Source: Polyangiaceae bacterium (GTDB taxonomy: Bacteria > Myxococcota_A > Polyangia > Polyangiales > Polyangiaceae). Taken from it: DNA of 64,000 nucleotides. Below are positions 9,761-18,764 of this stretch, piece after piece. Below the pieces are notes generated by a model that worked only from the letters and a program-made list of their open reading frames with translations, had not been told where the DNA came from and did not search any database. Made by a program: the position numbers and the translations under genes. The stretch is from positions 1,856,001 to 1,920,000 of the forward strand of contig CBDCTZ010000016.1 of NCBI GenBank assembly GCA_965222375.1. The letters are read 5' to 3'. The first letter of the stretch is position 1, and each line of letters begins with the position of its first letter.

Positions 9761-10449
9761 TCGAACTACTGGTTCCCGCCGCCGCGTCTTTTTCCAGTGA
9801 TATCGACGGTATCATCACGCTGATCGCGGCGCTGGTAGGTTTCTGGTTCTTGGTCGCCGAAGGCGTCCTCTTCTACCTGGTCTTCAAGTTTCGCGCGAAG
9901 GACGGCAAAAAAGCTCAATACATCACGGGCGAAAAGAAAGAAGAGAAGCGGTGGATCACCATTCCCCATGCCTTGGTGCTGGTGTGTGATGTCGTGATCA
10001 TCGCTTGGGCGATCGTCGTCTGGGTCGAAGTAAAGCAAACCCTGCCGCCAGCCGAACAAACCGTGCGCATCACTTCGCAACAGTGGGCGTGGTCGTTCCA
10101 GCATCCCGGTGCTGACGGGAAGCTCGACACCGAGGACGACATCCACACGGTCGATGAACTGCACGTGAAGGTGGATACCATCTACCATTTCAAGCTCGAA
10201 TCCAAAGACGTCTTGCACAGTTTTTCAGTGCCAGTTTTTCGTCTCAAGCAGGACGCAGTTCCCGGGCGGGTCATCACCGGATGGTTCAAACCAATCAAGA
10301 CCGGCAGCTACGATATTCAATGCGCCGAGATGTGCGGAATCGGGCACGGGTTAATGCCGGCTAGAATCATCATCGATACGCCCGCGCAGCACGCGGCGTG
10401 GATCGCTGAAAACAACACGAACCGGCTCGCGCGAGCCGAGACTCGCTGA
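9757..10449 (+). CDS. coxB: Cytochrome c oxidase subunit II (CuA)
   Basis: QWAW, DVLHSF, CAEMCGIGHGLM CuA ligands; two TM segments. Confidence 0.95.
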   Translation: MIELLVPAAASFSSDIDGIITLIAALVGFWFLVAEGVLFYLVFKFRAKDGKKAQYITGEKKEEKRWITIPHALVLVCDVVIIAWAIVVWVEVKQTLPPAEQTVRITSQQWAWSFQHPGADGKLDTEDDIHTVDELHVKVDTIYHFKLESKDVLHSFSVPVFRLKQDAVPGRVITGWFKPIKTGSYDIQCAEMCGIGHGLMPARIIIDTPAQHAAWIAENNTNRLARAETR

Positions 10450-10460
10450 TTGAGGGACAG

Positions 10461-12149
10461 ATGACGCATCAGCACGGCGAGAGCTTTTTCCAGAAGTACC
10501 TGTGGTCCACCGACCACAAGATCATCGGCTTCCAATACATGTTCACGGGCATGTTCATGGCGCTGATTGGCGGCTTCTTTGCCTACGCCTTCCGCGCTCA
10601 GCTCGCGTTCCCAGGCGCGCACGTTCCGGGCTACGGGCAGGTGTCGCCAGCGGAGTACAACGCTCTGGTCACGAATCACGGCACGATCATGATCTTCTGG
10701 GTGGCGATGCCAGTGCTCATCGCCGCGTTCGGCAACTTCTTGATCCCGTTGATGATCGGCTGCGACGACATGGTGTTCCCGCGGCTGAACCGCCTGTCGT
10801 TTCAGGTCTTTTTTGTGAGCGCCCTGGTGCTCTTGGCGTCGTTCTTCGTCGAAGGTGGAGCTTTTGGTGGCGCATGGACGGCGTATCCTCCGCTCTCGGC
10901 CAAGGCCGAATACAGCCTGACGCCGCTGGGATCGACGTTGTGGCTGTTGGCTGTGGCGCTGGAGTTCGTCGCCTTTTTGATGGGCGGCATCAATTTCGTG
11001 ACCACGGCCATGAACTCCCGCGCCAAAGGGATGAAGCTCTTCGACATCCCGATAGTGATTTGGATGATCGTCCTGGCGAGCATCATCTTCATGGTTTCGG
11101 TCGGGCCACTCGTGGCGGGCGCAGTGATGCTCCTGTTCGACCAGAACCTGGGGACCGGATTCTACGACCCGGCAAATGGCGGGGATCCGATTCTATGGCA
11201 GCATTTGTTCTGGTTCTTCGGCCATCCTGAGGTTTACGTTGTGCTCCTACCGGCGGTGGGTATCGTTGCGGAGGTCATCACCGTATTCGCGCGGAAGAAG
11301 CTGTTCGCGTATCGAATTGTTCTCTACACGGCCATCGCGACCGGGATCCTCAGCTTCTTCGTTTGGGCCCACCATCAGTTCGTTGCGGGCATCGACCCGC
11401 GCATGGCAAACGTCTTCACAATCACCACGCTGCTGATCTCCATACCGATTGCGGAGATGATGTTCGTCTACATCGCCACCCTGTATGGCGGTTCAATTCG
11501 GTTGAAGACGCCGATGCTGTGGGCAATCGCGTTCTTGGCGGAGTTTCTCATCGGTGGTGTTACAGGGATCTTCCTGGGCTCGAGCAGCTCCGACATCTAC
11601 TTCCACGATACCTACTTCGTGCTGGCGCACTTCCACTACACCTTCGTTCCCATCGCGATCATCGCGGTCTTTGCTGGCATCACTTTCTGGTTCCCGAAGA
11701 TGTTTGGCCGTCACATGAACGAGCGCTGGGGAAAGATCCACTTCTGGGCAACGATCATCGCCTTCAACGGGATCTTCATTCCTCTGTTCATATTAGGCGC
11801 TGCTGGGCAGCATCGACGCATCTACAGCTACGAGAATTTCCCTGAGCTCGCGACGCATGGATTTCAAGATTTGCGAGTGGTGGCGACGGTTTTCACTGTC
11901 ATCATGTTGGCGGTGCAGATCATCTTCCTCGTGAACTTCTTCCACAGCCTGTTCAAAGGAACGCGTGCGGAGAAGAATCCCTGGAAGTCGAATACGTTGG
12001 AGTGGACCGTGCCCTCGCCGCCCCCGCACGGGAACTTCGAAGAATTCCCGACCGTCTACCGTGGCCCCTATGAGTACAGCGTTCCCGGTCGCGATAACGA
12101 TTACTGGCCGCAGGACATGCCGCCCGAAGAAGCGGAGGCTGCAACATGA
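10461..12149 (+). CDS. coxA: Cytochrome c oxidase subunit I (A1-type motif)
   Basis: HGTIM, DMVFPRLN, WFFGHPEVY, WAHH, HDTYFVLAHFHY. Confidence 0.97.
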   Translation: MTHQHGESFFQKYLWSTDHKIIGFQYMFTGMFMALIGGFFAYAFRAQLAFPGAHVPGYGQVSPAEYNALVTNHGTIMIFWVAMPVLIAAFGNFLIPLMIGCDDMVFPRLNRLSFQVFFVSALVLLASFFVEGGAFGGAWTAYPPLSAKAEYSLTPLGSTLWLLAVALEFVAFLMGGINFVTTAMNSRAKGMKLFDIPIVIWMIVLASIIFMVSVGPLVAGAVMLLFDQNLGTGFYDPANGGDPILWQHLFWFFGHPEVYVVLLPAVGIVAEVITVFARKKLFAYRIVLYTAIATGILSFFVWAHHQFVAGIDPRMANVFTITTLLISIPIAEMMFVYIATLYGGSIRLKTPMLWAIAFLAEFLIGGVTGIFLGSSSSDIYFHDTYFVLAHFHYTFVPIAIIAVFAGITFWFPKMFGRHMNERWGKIHFWATIIAFNGIFIPLFILGAAGQHRRIYSYENFPELATHGFQDLRVVATVFTVIMLAVQIIFLVNFFHSLFKGTRAEKNPWKSNTLEWTVPSPPPHGNFEEFPTVYRGPYEYSVPGRDNDYWPQDMPPEEAEAAT

Positions 12150-12715
12150 AACCCGTTGCGACCCAGCGCAGCGCCACCGGAATTCCGACGGGACGTCTGG
12201 CCATTTGGTGGCTGCTCGCATCAGAAATCGTGATCTTCGGTGGCCTATTGGCTTCCTACTTGATGCACCGCCTGGGACACCCCGAGTTTGGTGACTACGC
12301 GTCGCACACCAACACTTGGATCGGCGCTTTCAACACGCTGGTCCTCTTGAGTTCGAGCCTCTCTGCTGTCTTGGCACACAAGGCTGCCGACGCCAAGGAT
12401 GGCCCGGGTGCGAGGAAGTATCTTCTGCTGACGATAGTTGGCGCCGTGACCTTTCTCGGCGTCAAAGCATTCGAGTGGACTACGGAAATCCAAGCTGGCT
12501 TCACGCTGACGACGAACCCCTTTTGGTCGTTCTATTACACGGCGGCTGGCTTGCACGCTGCACATGTGGTGGCCGGTGCGATCGTGATGGCCTTTGTCGC
12601 GAAGGACGCGGGCAAGGGGCGGGAGTTGCAGCGCGTCGAATACGTTGGCCTGTACTGGCACTTCGTCGACATTGTGTGGATCTTCTTGTTTCCTCTTCTC
12701 TACATCGCCAAATAG
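12146..12715 (+). CDS. coxC: Cytochrome c oxidase subunit III
   Basis: LASE..IFGGL, GLHAAHV, GLYWHFVDIVWIFLFPLLY. Confidence 0.93.
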   Translation: MKPVATQRSATGIPTGRLAIWWLLASEIVIFGGLLASYLMHRLGHPEFGDYASHTNTWIGAFNTLVLLSSSLSAVLAHKAADAKDGPGARKYLLLTIVGAVTFLGVKAFEWTTEIQAGFTLTTNPFWSFYYTAAGLHAAHVVAGAIVMAFVAKDAGKGRELQRVEYVGLYWHFVDIVWIFLFPLLYIAK

Positions 12716-12723
12716 GAGCTCCC

Positions 12724-13353
12724 ATGGCTGACAGTGACTCCAAAGATACGAAAGCGACCGCTGAAGAGGAGGCGGAGCCGGAATCCAATCCCGCTGCCGC
12801 AGGCGAGGACCAGGACGACACACCCGACAGCGGGGCCGAAGAAGCCGAACCCGCGGCGGCAGCCCCCGACGAGGCGGAGTCAGGCGCTGCACCCGTGGCG
12901 GAGAAAGCGGACGCGGCGGCAGTCGCCGATGACAAGGCGAAACAAAAACCAAAGTCCAAGGCAGCCGCTGCGCCAGCCAAGAAGCCTCAGTCTCACGACA
13001 CGGGTCACAGCCATCCGAACTACGTGAAGGTCTGGGCAATCCTCGTCGTGCTGCTTGCGGTCAGCGTAGCCGGTCCCTTCCTGGAAATTAGCATCGTTAC
13101 TCTGATTACCGCTTTCGGTATCGCCCTGGTCAAAGCCTATCTCGTGGCCAAGCATTTCATGCACCTCAATGTCGAGAAGCGCTATGTCCCCTACCTGCTG
13201 CTCACGTGTTTGGCGTTCATGGTCCTACTATTTGCTGGGACAGCACCCGACGTGATGGAGCACCGTGGGCGTAACTGGGAAAACACTGCGGCCCAACAAG
13301 AAGTCGAACGCGCTCTTAAGCAGATTGAAAGCGAAAAGCCCCAGCATGAGTAG
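12724..13353 (+). CDS. Cytochrome c oxidase subunit IV (caa3 CtaF-like) with long acidic N-terminal extension
   Basis: YVKVWAILVVLL...KAYLVAKHFMHLNVE; AGGAG upstream. Confidence 0.85.
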   Translation: MADSDSKDTKATAEEEAEPESNPAAAGEDQDDTPDSGAEEAEPAAAAPDEAESGAAPVAEKADAAAVADDKAKQKPKSKAAAAPAKKPQSHDTGHSHPNYVKVWAILVVLLAVSVAGPFLEISIVTLITAFGIALVKAYLVAKHFMHLNVEKRYVPYLLLTCLAFMVLLFAGTAPDVMEHRGRNWENTAAQQEVERALKQIESEKPQHE

Positions 13354-13356
13354 GCG

Positions 13357-13938
13357 ATGACCGATACTGCTCTGCGTCTCCGATCGACGCCCCAGCCCCG
13401 AATCGCACCCAACGGGATCGTGGGCATGGTGATCTTCATCCTCGCCGAGGCAATGTTCTTCGCTGCGCTGATTAGCGCGTTCACCATCGTCAAAGCCGGC
13501 GCCCTCGGGTTGTGGCCGCCGCCCGGTCAGCCGCGCCTGCCAGTGGGCGAAACGGCGGTGAATACCGCGGCGCTACTGCTGAGCGGAGTCGCGCTCTACG
13601 TTGCCCATCGGAGTTTTCAGCGTGAGACGCGCAGTGCGAAGTGGCCCCTCCTGTTGGCAATGTTGTTGGGTGCCTTCTTCGTACTCTTCCAAGGCGTCGA
13701 ATGGGTTCAGCTGATCGGCGAAGGCCTGACTCTGACTTCTAGCAATCACGGTAGCTTCTTTTATGTGATCGTTGGTGCGCACGCACTCCACGCCGTCGCA
13801 GGCTTGATTGCCCTGGGCTACATTTTCGCCAAGTGGCGCAAGCAAACGCTCAATCGCGTCATGTTCCGAACCGCGCAGCTATACTGGTACTTTGTGGTCG
13901 GGCTGTGGCCGATACTCTACTGGAGGGTCTACCTATGA
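13357..13938 (+). CDS. Second cytochrome c oxidase subunit III-family protein
   Basis: GMVIFILAEAMFFAAL, GAHALHAV, LYWYFVVGLWP. Confidence 0.88.
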   Translation: MTDTALRLRSTPQPRIAPNGIVGMVIFILAEAMFFAALISAFTIVKAGALGLWPPPGQPRLPVGETAVNTAALLLSGVALYVAHRSFQRETRSAKWPLLLAMLLGAFFVLFQGVEWVQLIGEGLTLTSSNHGSFFYVIVGAHALHAVAGLIALGYIFAKWRKQTLNRVMFRTAQLYWYFVVGLWPILYWRVYL

Positions 13939-14195
13939 GCGGGTGGAGGCAACGCTTGCTCCGTGCCTGGGCGTTCGCCGCAGTGTCGCTCACGTCGCTG
14001 TCCGCTTTCGCATGTCCGGTCTGCGGCGCGGCCAAGGACGATGCAACCCGTGACGCCTTCATCCTGACGACGGTCTTCATGTCCTTGCTGCCCTTGGCGA
14101 TGCTTGGCGGTCTGGCGTGGTGGCTCATCCGCCGCCTCCGTCAGCTGGACCTGGAAGAGAAGTCCGCCCAGGAAACTGCGGTGCGCCTCCGCTAA
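13935..14195 (+). CDS. Small CxxC membrane protein ending the oxidase operon
   Basis: ATGA overlap; signal peptide then ACPVCG, TM helix. Confidence 0.7.
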   Translation: MSGWRQRLLRAWAFAAVSLTSLSAFACPVCGAAKDDATRDAFILTTVFMSLLPLAMLGGLAWWLIRRLRQLDLEEKSAQETAVRLR

Positions 14196-14264
14196 TCGCT
14201 CCCGCGCAGGCGCGCAGGGCGCGACGGCCACAGACTCGACTTGTGTGGGTCCCGGTCCCGGCGT

Positions 14265-15251
14265 TCACTGCCAGGCGATGCACAGCAAGCGGTACTGACC
14301 CGAGCACGACGGCGAAGCCGACCAGGAGATCCACTCGGAGTTGGCCACCTTGTACCGCCCTGGCTTTTGCTTGACGCCCGACGCAACTGTCGTCCAGCCG
14401 GTGCAGTTGTCGGGGTGAAGAGAACCGTCCGCGTTACTTCCGCTGTGCCAGAAGGAGTCGTTGTTGCCCGCGGCGCCGAGGACCGCGGTTTCGTCGAGGG
14501 CGACGTCGATCGTGCCGTCGAGCAGATCCGCCCAGTCATCAGCGATCTTCTTGCCGTTCACGTCCACGATCGCGCGGTTGGTGGGCAGCGAGTAGAGCGT
14601 GGGCATGTCCCGGATTTCGTCCGTGGCCGACACGGAAATGAATGCGTGTGACGTTGCGCCGGCTAGCTTTGCTTCGGATGAAAGTGCCGTCGCGCACAGG
14701 GTGTCGGCTCCTTTGCGCCCCTTGAGGTCGCTCTGCTGCTGACCGGCGTGGAATAAGACCAAGTTGTTCGCAGCCAGGCCGCCATCCGTCCCGGCGTCGG
14801 CTCCGCCGCTGCCAGCGCTTCCATCCGAACCGGCGTCGGCACTGCCGCCACTGCCAGCGCTGCCGTCGGTTCCTGCGTCGAGGACGCCGCCCGTGCCCGC
14901 ACTTGCGTCCGAGCCGCCATCCACTCCGGCGCTGCCGCCGGTCGCGCCGCCCGCGCCACCCGTCGCCCCGCCGGCACCACCGGTCGCGCCGCCCGTGCCA
15001 CCGGTTGCCCCTCCGGCGCCGCCAGTCGCACCCCCAGCTCCGCCCGTTGCCCCGCCGGTCCCGCCCGTGGCGCCACCCGTGCCGCCGGTTGCCCCGCCGG
15101 TTCCGCCCGTGGACCCACCCGTGCCGCCGGTGGCGCCAGCGCTTCCGCCCGTGCCGCTCTTGGATCCGTCGTCGTCGCTACTGCACGCCACGAAGCCCAC
15201 GGCTCCAACCATGATCAGTGCAACTGTCCAACCCTTTTGCATGCTCATCAT
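14265..15251 (-). CDS. Gly-rich lipoprotein with C-terminal DUF1554/endostatin-like domain
   Basis: Lipobox FVAC, GGTGGAT heptad repeats, ADTLC...AFIS...IADDWADLLDG...NCTGWT...LLC. Confidence 0.75.
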   Translation of the reverse strand: MMSMQKGWTVALIMVGAVGFVACSSDDDGSKSGTGGSAGATGGTGGSTGGTGGATGGTGGATGGTGGATGGAGGATGGAGGATGGTGGATGGAGGATGGAGGATGGSAGVDGGSDASAGTGGVLDAGTDGSAGSGGSADAGSDGSAGSGGADAGTDGGLAANNLVLFHAGQQQSDLKGRKGADTLCATALSSEAKLAGATSHAFISVSATDEIRDMPTLYSLPTNRAIVDVNGKKIADDWADLLDGTIDVALDETAVLGAAGNNDSFWHSGSNADGSLHPDNCTGWTTVASGVKQKPGRYKVANSEWISWSASPSCSGQYRLLCIAWQ

Positions 15252-15373
15252 GGCTCGCGCTCTATCCGCGGCCCAGGCTGTCGTCAATCGCGCCTAGCTA
15301 CCGAGTTGTGCGCAAACCGGACCGCAGGCGTGGGGGAAAGAACTGGCCTGGATGAGCGTAGCAGGGGTGACGG

Positions 15374-15964
15374 ATGTCTGGCCGATCTCTGCAGCCCCCT
15401 CATGACCTCGCCCTGGCCCTGCTGGGGCTGTCCGTTTCGGCGTGCGGCTGTCAACCCGTAGCGCCACCCGTGCCGCCAGCTCATCCGGCGCCCTCGAGTG
15501 CCAACTGCCGCGCGCAGCTGACGCTCCGCCACGCCCAACAGCGCCCACGAGGCTTGGAGTCATACCTCCAGCCCTTGACCGTCGTGTATGCGTTGGACAC
15601 CCCGGAGCACGTGGTTGCCCGTTGGGAGAATCACCAGCGCGAGCGGTCGTACATTGGCTCATGCATGATCGGCTTGGCAGGACTCAAACCCGCGACCTGG
15701 CGCCAACCGGCGGACACGACAATCGACCTCCCCGCGGGGAAACACGAGCTACTTGCTACTCATCGGCTTCGGTTGCCCGTTGGTGGCTACCCCGGTGCGT
15801 TAACCTTCAAGCTGAGCGCGAAACACAGCTTCGAACTTCGCTGCGGCGAAAACCTCATCGTCGCGGTAGCTCCAGACAGCACGGGTTCGATCACCGCACC
15901 GCTTCAAGACCGCCTAGCTTTGCGCATCGACGAGTCCACCCCGTCGGTGCTGCGTCGACGTTGA
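15374..15964 (+). CDS. Hypothetical lipoprotein
   Basis: LSVSACGC signal, Pro-rich linker, beta-rich domain. Confidence 0.6.
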   Translation: MSGRSLQPPHDLALALLGLSVSACGCQPVAPPVPPAHPAPSSANCRAQLTLRHAQQRPRGLESYLQPLTVVYALDTPEHVVARWENHQRERSYIGSCMIGLAGLKPATWRQPADTTIDLPAGKHELLATHRLRLPVGGYPGALTFKLSAKHSFELRCGENLIVAVAPDSTGSITAPLQDRLALRIDESTPSVLRRR

Positions 15965-15987
15965 CGTCGACGAGCGCGACGTCAACG
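15959..15987. terminator. 11-bp stem hairpin overlapping the stop codon
   Basis: CGTTGACGTCG-N7-CGACGTCAACG; no U-tract. Confidence 0.35.
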
Positions 15988-15999
15988 GATACGTGAAGG

Positions 16000-17265
16000 T
16001 TGGTGTGCACAGCGGGAGTCGCGGCTAGCGGTTCGCACGAAGGCTCGGCTACCCCTCGGGCACGACTCGTGGTGTGTTCTCGGGGGCTTGGCAGAGGGTC
16101 GCACTGGCGGTATCACGCTCCAGTGAGGTGCGCCGGGGCTTCAACTGCATGGACGTCGCGTCTCGCGCACGTCGTTGCGAAGTTGGGGTGTGGCTCGAGG
16201 AAGGCAGGTGCCGCCGCTGCAGCGCATCTCTTGATACTCGGCGCCGCGCACGACGCTGCGTCTGAGAACGAATCGGTTACATCTGCGCTGAGTTGGGTGC
16301 GGCTCCCTGGCGCCGAGGCCTGTATCTCGAGCCCCGAGCTGGCCCAGGCGGTGGAAGCAAGGCTGGGGCGCAGTGTTTTCGTGTCGCCAGCGGCGGCGGG
16401 CATGCCCATCGAGGGCCGGATCGAACCGAAGCCCGGCGGGGGATTCCGCGCCCACATCCAGTCTGTAGACGATTCGGGCAAGCGCCGCGGGGTTCGCGAA
16501 CTCTCCAGTGACAAGGCCGACTGCCGCGCCTTTGATGACGAGTTGGTGTTGGTCATTGCGATCACTATCGACCCCGACGCGGTCCTAAAGAGACCGATTG
16601 GGGAGGCCGAAACAAAGCCCGAGCGGCCCGCCGAACAGCCGGCGCCACGGACGGTTGTCAAGAAGGAGACCGTCTTTGTTCCGGTCGTTCGAGAGAAGCC
16701 GCAGGACAGCCCTGACCGCGAGTCGCCCCGCGAGCCGTGGGGGCTTTCGCTGCGCGCGGGACCGCGGGTTGCCGGAGGTGTGTTGCCGGGCGCCGCTGTG
16801 GGACTTCAGGTCGCCGCCGTCGCGGCCCCACCAGGCTTTTTTCCCTTGGCCGCGATGGGCGAGGGCTGGACCGACACCGACGAAACGGCAGCAGCGGGTG
16901 GCGCCCGAGTGAGCCTGCTTTCGGCTGCGCTCGCAGCGTGCCCACAGCTGCGGGTGACTCCGCTCTTGGCCACCGAGGGGTGCGGCGGCGGGTTTGCCGG
17001 GGCCATGCATGCGCGCGGCTTTGGCTTCGATACCAGTGATGAGACCACGGAATTGGTCGCTGGCGTCAGCGCGGGCGGTAATCTGCTGGTTCGAGCAAAC
17101 TCATGGCTACTCCTCGGCGCTGGAGTGGACGCTCGGCTTGCCCTGAGCCGCCCACGGTTCTTCTTCCAGGACGCGACGGGGACTCGTCGTGTGCTGTATG
17201 AAGCGCCAGCTTTCGCGGGCACGGCAGGGCTCTTCGTCGGCGTGATGCTGTCCGGCAGTGACTAA
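16000..17265 (+). CDS. Hypothetical exported protein upstream of the ECF sigma factor (start uncertain, probably downstream of 16000)
   Basis: LSWVRLPGAEAC...VEARLGR, Pro linker, beta-strand-rich C-terminal half. Confidence 0.7.
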   Translation: MVCTAGVAASGSHEGSATPRARLVVCSRGLGRGSHWRYHAPVRCAGASTAWTSRLAHVVAKLGCGSRKAGAAAAAHLLILGAAHDAASENESVTSALSWVRLPGAEACISSPELAQAVEARLGRSVFVSPAAAGMPIEGRIEPKPGGGFRAHIQSVDDSGKRRGVRELSSDKADCRAFDDELVLVIAITIDPDAVLKRPIGEAETKPERPAEQPAPRTVVKKETVFVPVVREKPQDSPDRESPREPWGLSLRAGPRVAGGVLPGAAVGLQVAAVAAPPGFFPLAAMGEGWTDTDETAAAGGARVSLLSAALAACPQLRVTPLLATEGCGGGFAGAMHARGFGFDTSDETTELVAGVSAGGNLLVRANSWLLLGAGVDARLALSRPRFFFQDATGTRRVLYEAPAFAGTAGLFVGVMLSGSD

Positions 17266-17291
17266 AACGAGCTCGACGAGCACAAAATCCA

Positions 17292-17317
17292 ATAATTGTC
17301 GGATTGCGCGTCCATTT
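17292..17317 (+). promoter_or_regulatory. Candidate ECF promoter
   Basis: ATAATT-N13-TCCATTT, repeated at 18696. Confidence 0.55.
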
Positions 17318-17345
17318 CCCCCTGTGGAGGCGTTTAGATCGAGAC

Positions 17346-17885
17346 GTGCCGGCTGGTCAGGTTCAGCGCGATGCCCCGGCTGAGGGGGGGCTATCGGTTC
17401 GTCAGGTTTACGAAGAGCACGGCGCTTTCGTTTGGAGAACTCTGCGACGCCTGGGCGTGCGGCCAGCGGATTTGGAGGATTGCGGGCAGGAGGTCTTGCT
17501 CGTGGTTCACCGCAAGCTGGGCGACTTCACGGGTGGTTCACCCAGGGCGTGGCTTTTTGCGATATCCAGCCGGGTTGCCTCCGACTATCGGAAGCGGGCG
17601 CATATCCGCCGCGAGGAGGCCACGGACGACTTGCCCGATGCGAGCGTTCCCTCGACCCAGTGGGACGATCTCGAGCGATCCCGCGCCCGCCAATTCTTGC
17701 AGGACACGTTGTCCGAGCTCGACGAGGCTCGACAGCACGTTTTCGTGCTGTACGAGTTGGAAGGATTGTCGATGCCCGATGTCGCCGCCGCGCTGGAGTG
17801 TCCCGTGCAGACGGCTTATTCCCGCTTGCGCTCCGCGCGCGAGCATGTGGAACGCGCGATTCGGCGAGCTCGGAGGATGTCATGA
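17346..17885 (+). CDS. ECF RNA polymerase sigma factor
   Basis: FVWRTLRRLGV...LEDCGQEV, RAWLFAI, VFVLYELEGLS..DVA...TAYSRLR. Confidence 0.93.
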   Translation: MPAGQVQRDAPAEGGLSVRQVYEEHGAFVWRTLRRLGVRPADLEDCGQEVLLVVHRKLGDFTGGSPRAWLFAISSRVASDYRKRAHIRREEATDDLPDASVPSTQWDDLERSRARQFLQDTLSELDEARQHVFVLYELEGLSMPDVAAALECPVQTAYSRLRSAREHVERAIRRARRMS

Positions 17886-18685
17886 GCCGGCAGGATGACT
17901 TCCCGCCGCGCTGGCTCGACGAGGGATCGGATTGCGCCGAGGCGATTCGCGATGTCTTGCGTTTGACCGCCCAGGACGACCCCAGCAGTGAGGAATTCGA
18001 GAAGTTCGGTGCGCGGGTTGCGCCGTTGTTCGAACCATCTCCCCCTGGCGGTGGAACCGGCGGAGGTGAAACCGGCGCCGCGGGCAGTGGCGGCGCGGGT
18101 GCAGGTGGCTCGATTGCCCCCGCTGCGGCGGCCGCCTCGGGCGGAACCACGAAGTTCATTGCCGCAGTCGCGACAGGCGTGGCCTTGCTTGGTGGGGCGG
18201 GGCTCGTCGTGACCCAATCCGGCTCTGGGTCGGCGGTTCGCGAGCCGCGAGCACTCGTCCAGCGGGTGAAGCAGCCCGCGCCCGTGGCAGCGCCGCAGTC
18301 CAGCGCAGCTGCTCCGGCGCCGTCCGCGTCGAAGGCACCCAGCGGTCCGCCTTCGGCCCGCGCGCCCCGCTTTGCAGACGCGGCTTCGCGTCCAAGCGAG
18401 TCAGAGCTACTGCGCAGGGCGCACGATGCCCTCCGCTCGGGTAATGGGGCTGCGGCGCTCAAGCACGTTGCCGAGCACCGCCGGAGCTACCCACGTGGGC
18501 TGCTCAGCCAAGAACGCGAGGTCGTGACAATCGAGGCCCTGGCACAGAGCGGGAACCGAGCCGCGGCGCTGAGCCAGGGCAAAGCGTTCCTTTCTCGCTA
18601 TCCTCGTTCCACCCATGCCCGGCGAGTGCGGGCCGTGCTGGGGATCCCTGACGACGACGCAAACGCGGGCGGCGGAACAAAGTGA
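17882..18685 (+). CDS. Putative anti-sigma factor (single TM, C-terminal TPR-like domain)
   Basis: ATGA overlap with the sigma gene; TM, Pro/Ala linker, H.R.YP.G.L.QERE...FL.RYP.S. Confidence 0.8.
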   Translation: MSRQDDFPPRWLDEGSDCAEAIRDVLRLTAQDDPSSEEFEKFGARVAPLFEPSPPGGGTGGGETGAAGSGGAGAGGSIAPAAAAASGGTTKFIAAVATGVALLGGAGLVVTQSGSGSAVREPRALVQRVKQPAPVAAPQSSAAAPAPSASKAPSGPPSARAPRFADAASRPSESELLRRAHDALRSGNGAAALKHVAEHRRSYPRGLLSQEREVVTIEALAQSGNRAAALSQGKAFLSRYPRSTHARRVRAVLGIPDDDANAGGGTK

Positions 18686-18695
18686 GAATTTCTTC

Positions 18696-18722
18696 ATAAT
18701 TCTCCGGCGCCCGCTTCCATTT
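18696..18722 (+). promoter_or_regulatory. Candidate ECF promoter, second copy
   Basis: ATAATT-N14-TCCATTT upstream of the lipoprotein gene. Confidence 0.55.
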
Positions 18723-18764
18723 GTAGCGTTGTCCAGCCGATGTGCTTTTAAGGGAGTGGAAAAC

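Noticed and set aside
10461..12149. Nitric oxide reductase-type heme-copper enzyme
   Set aside because: The active-site Tyr in HPEVY and the D-channel Asp are retained, consistent with an O2 reductase
14880..15150. Gly-rich 21-nt tandem repeats (also 18850-19130 and 40280-40600) as non-coding arrays, and the antisense poly-Pro ORFs
   Set aside because: They are in-frame Gly linkers of lipoproteins; the Pro-rich ORFs are shadow frames
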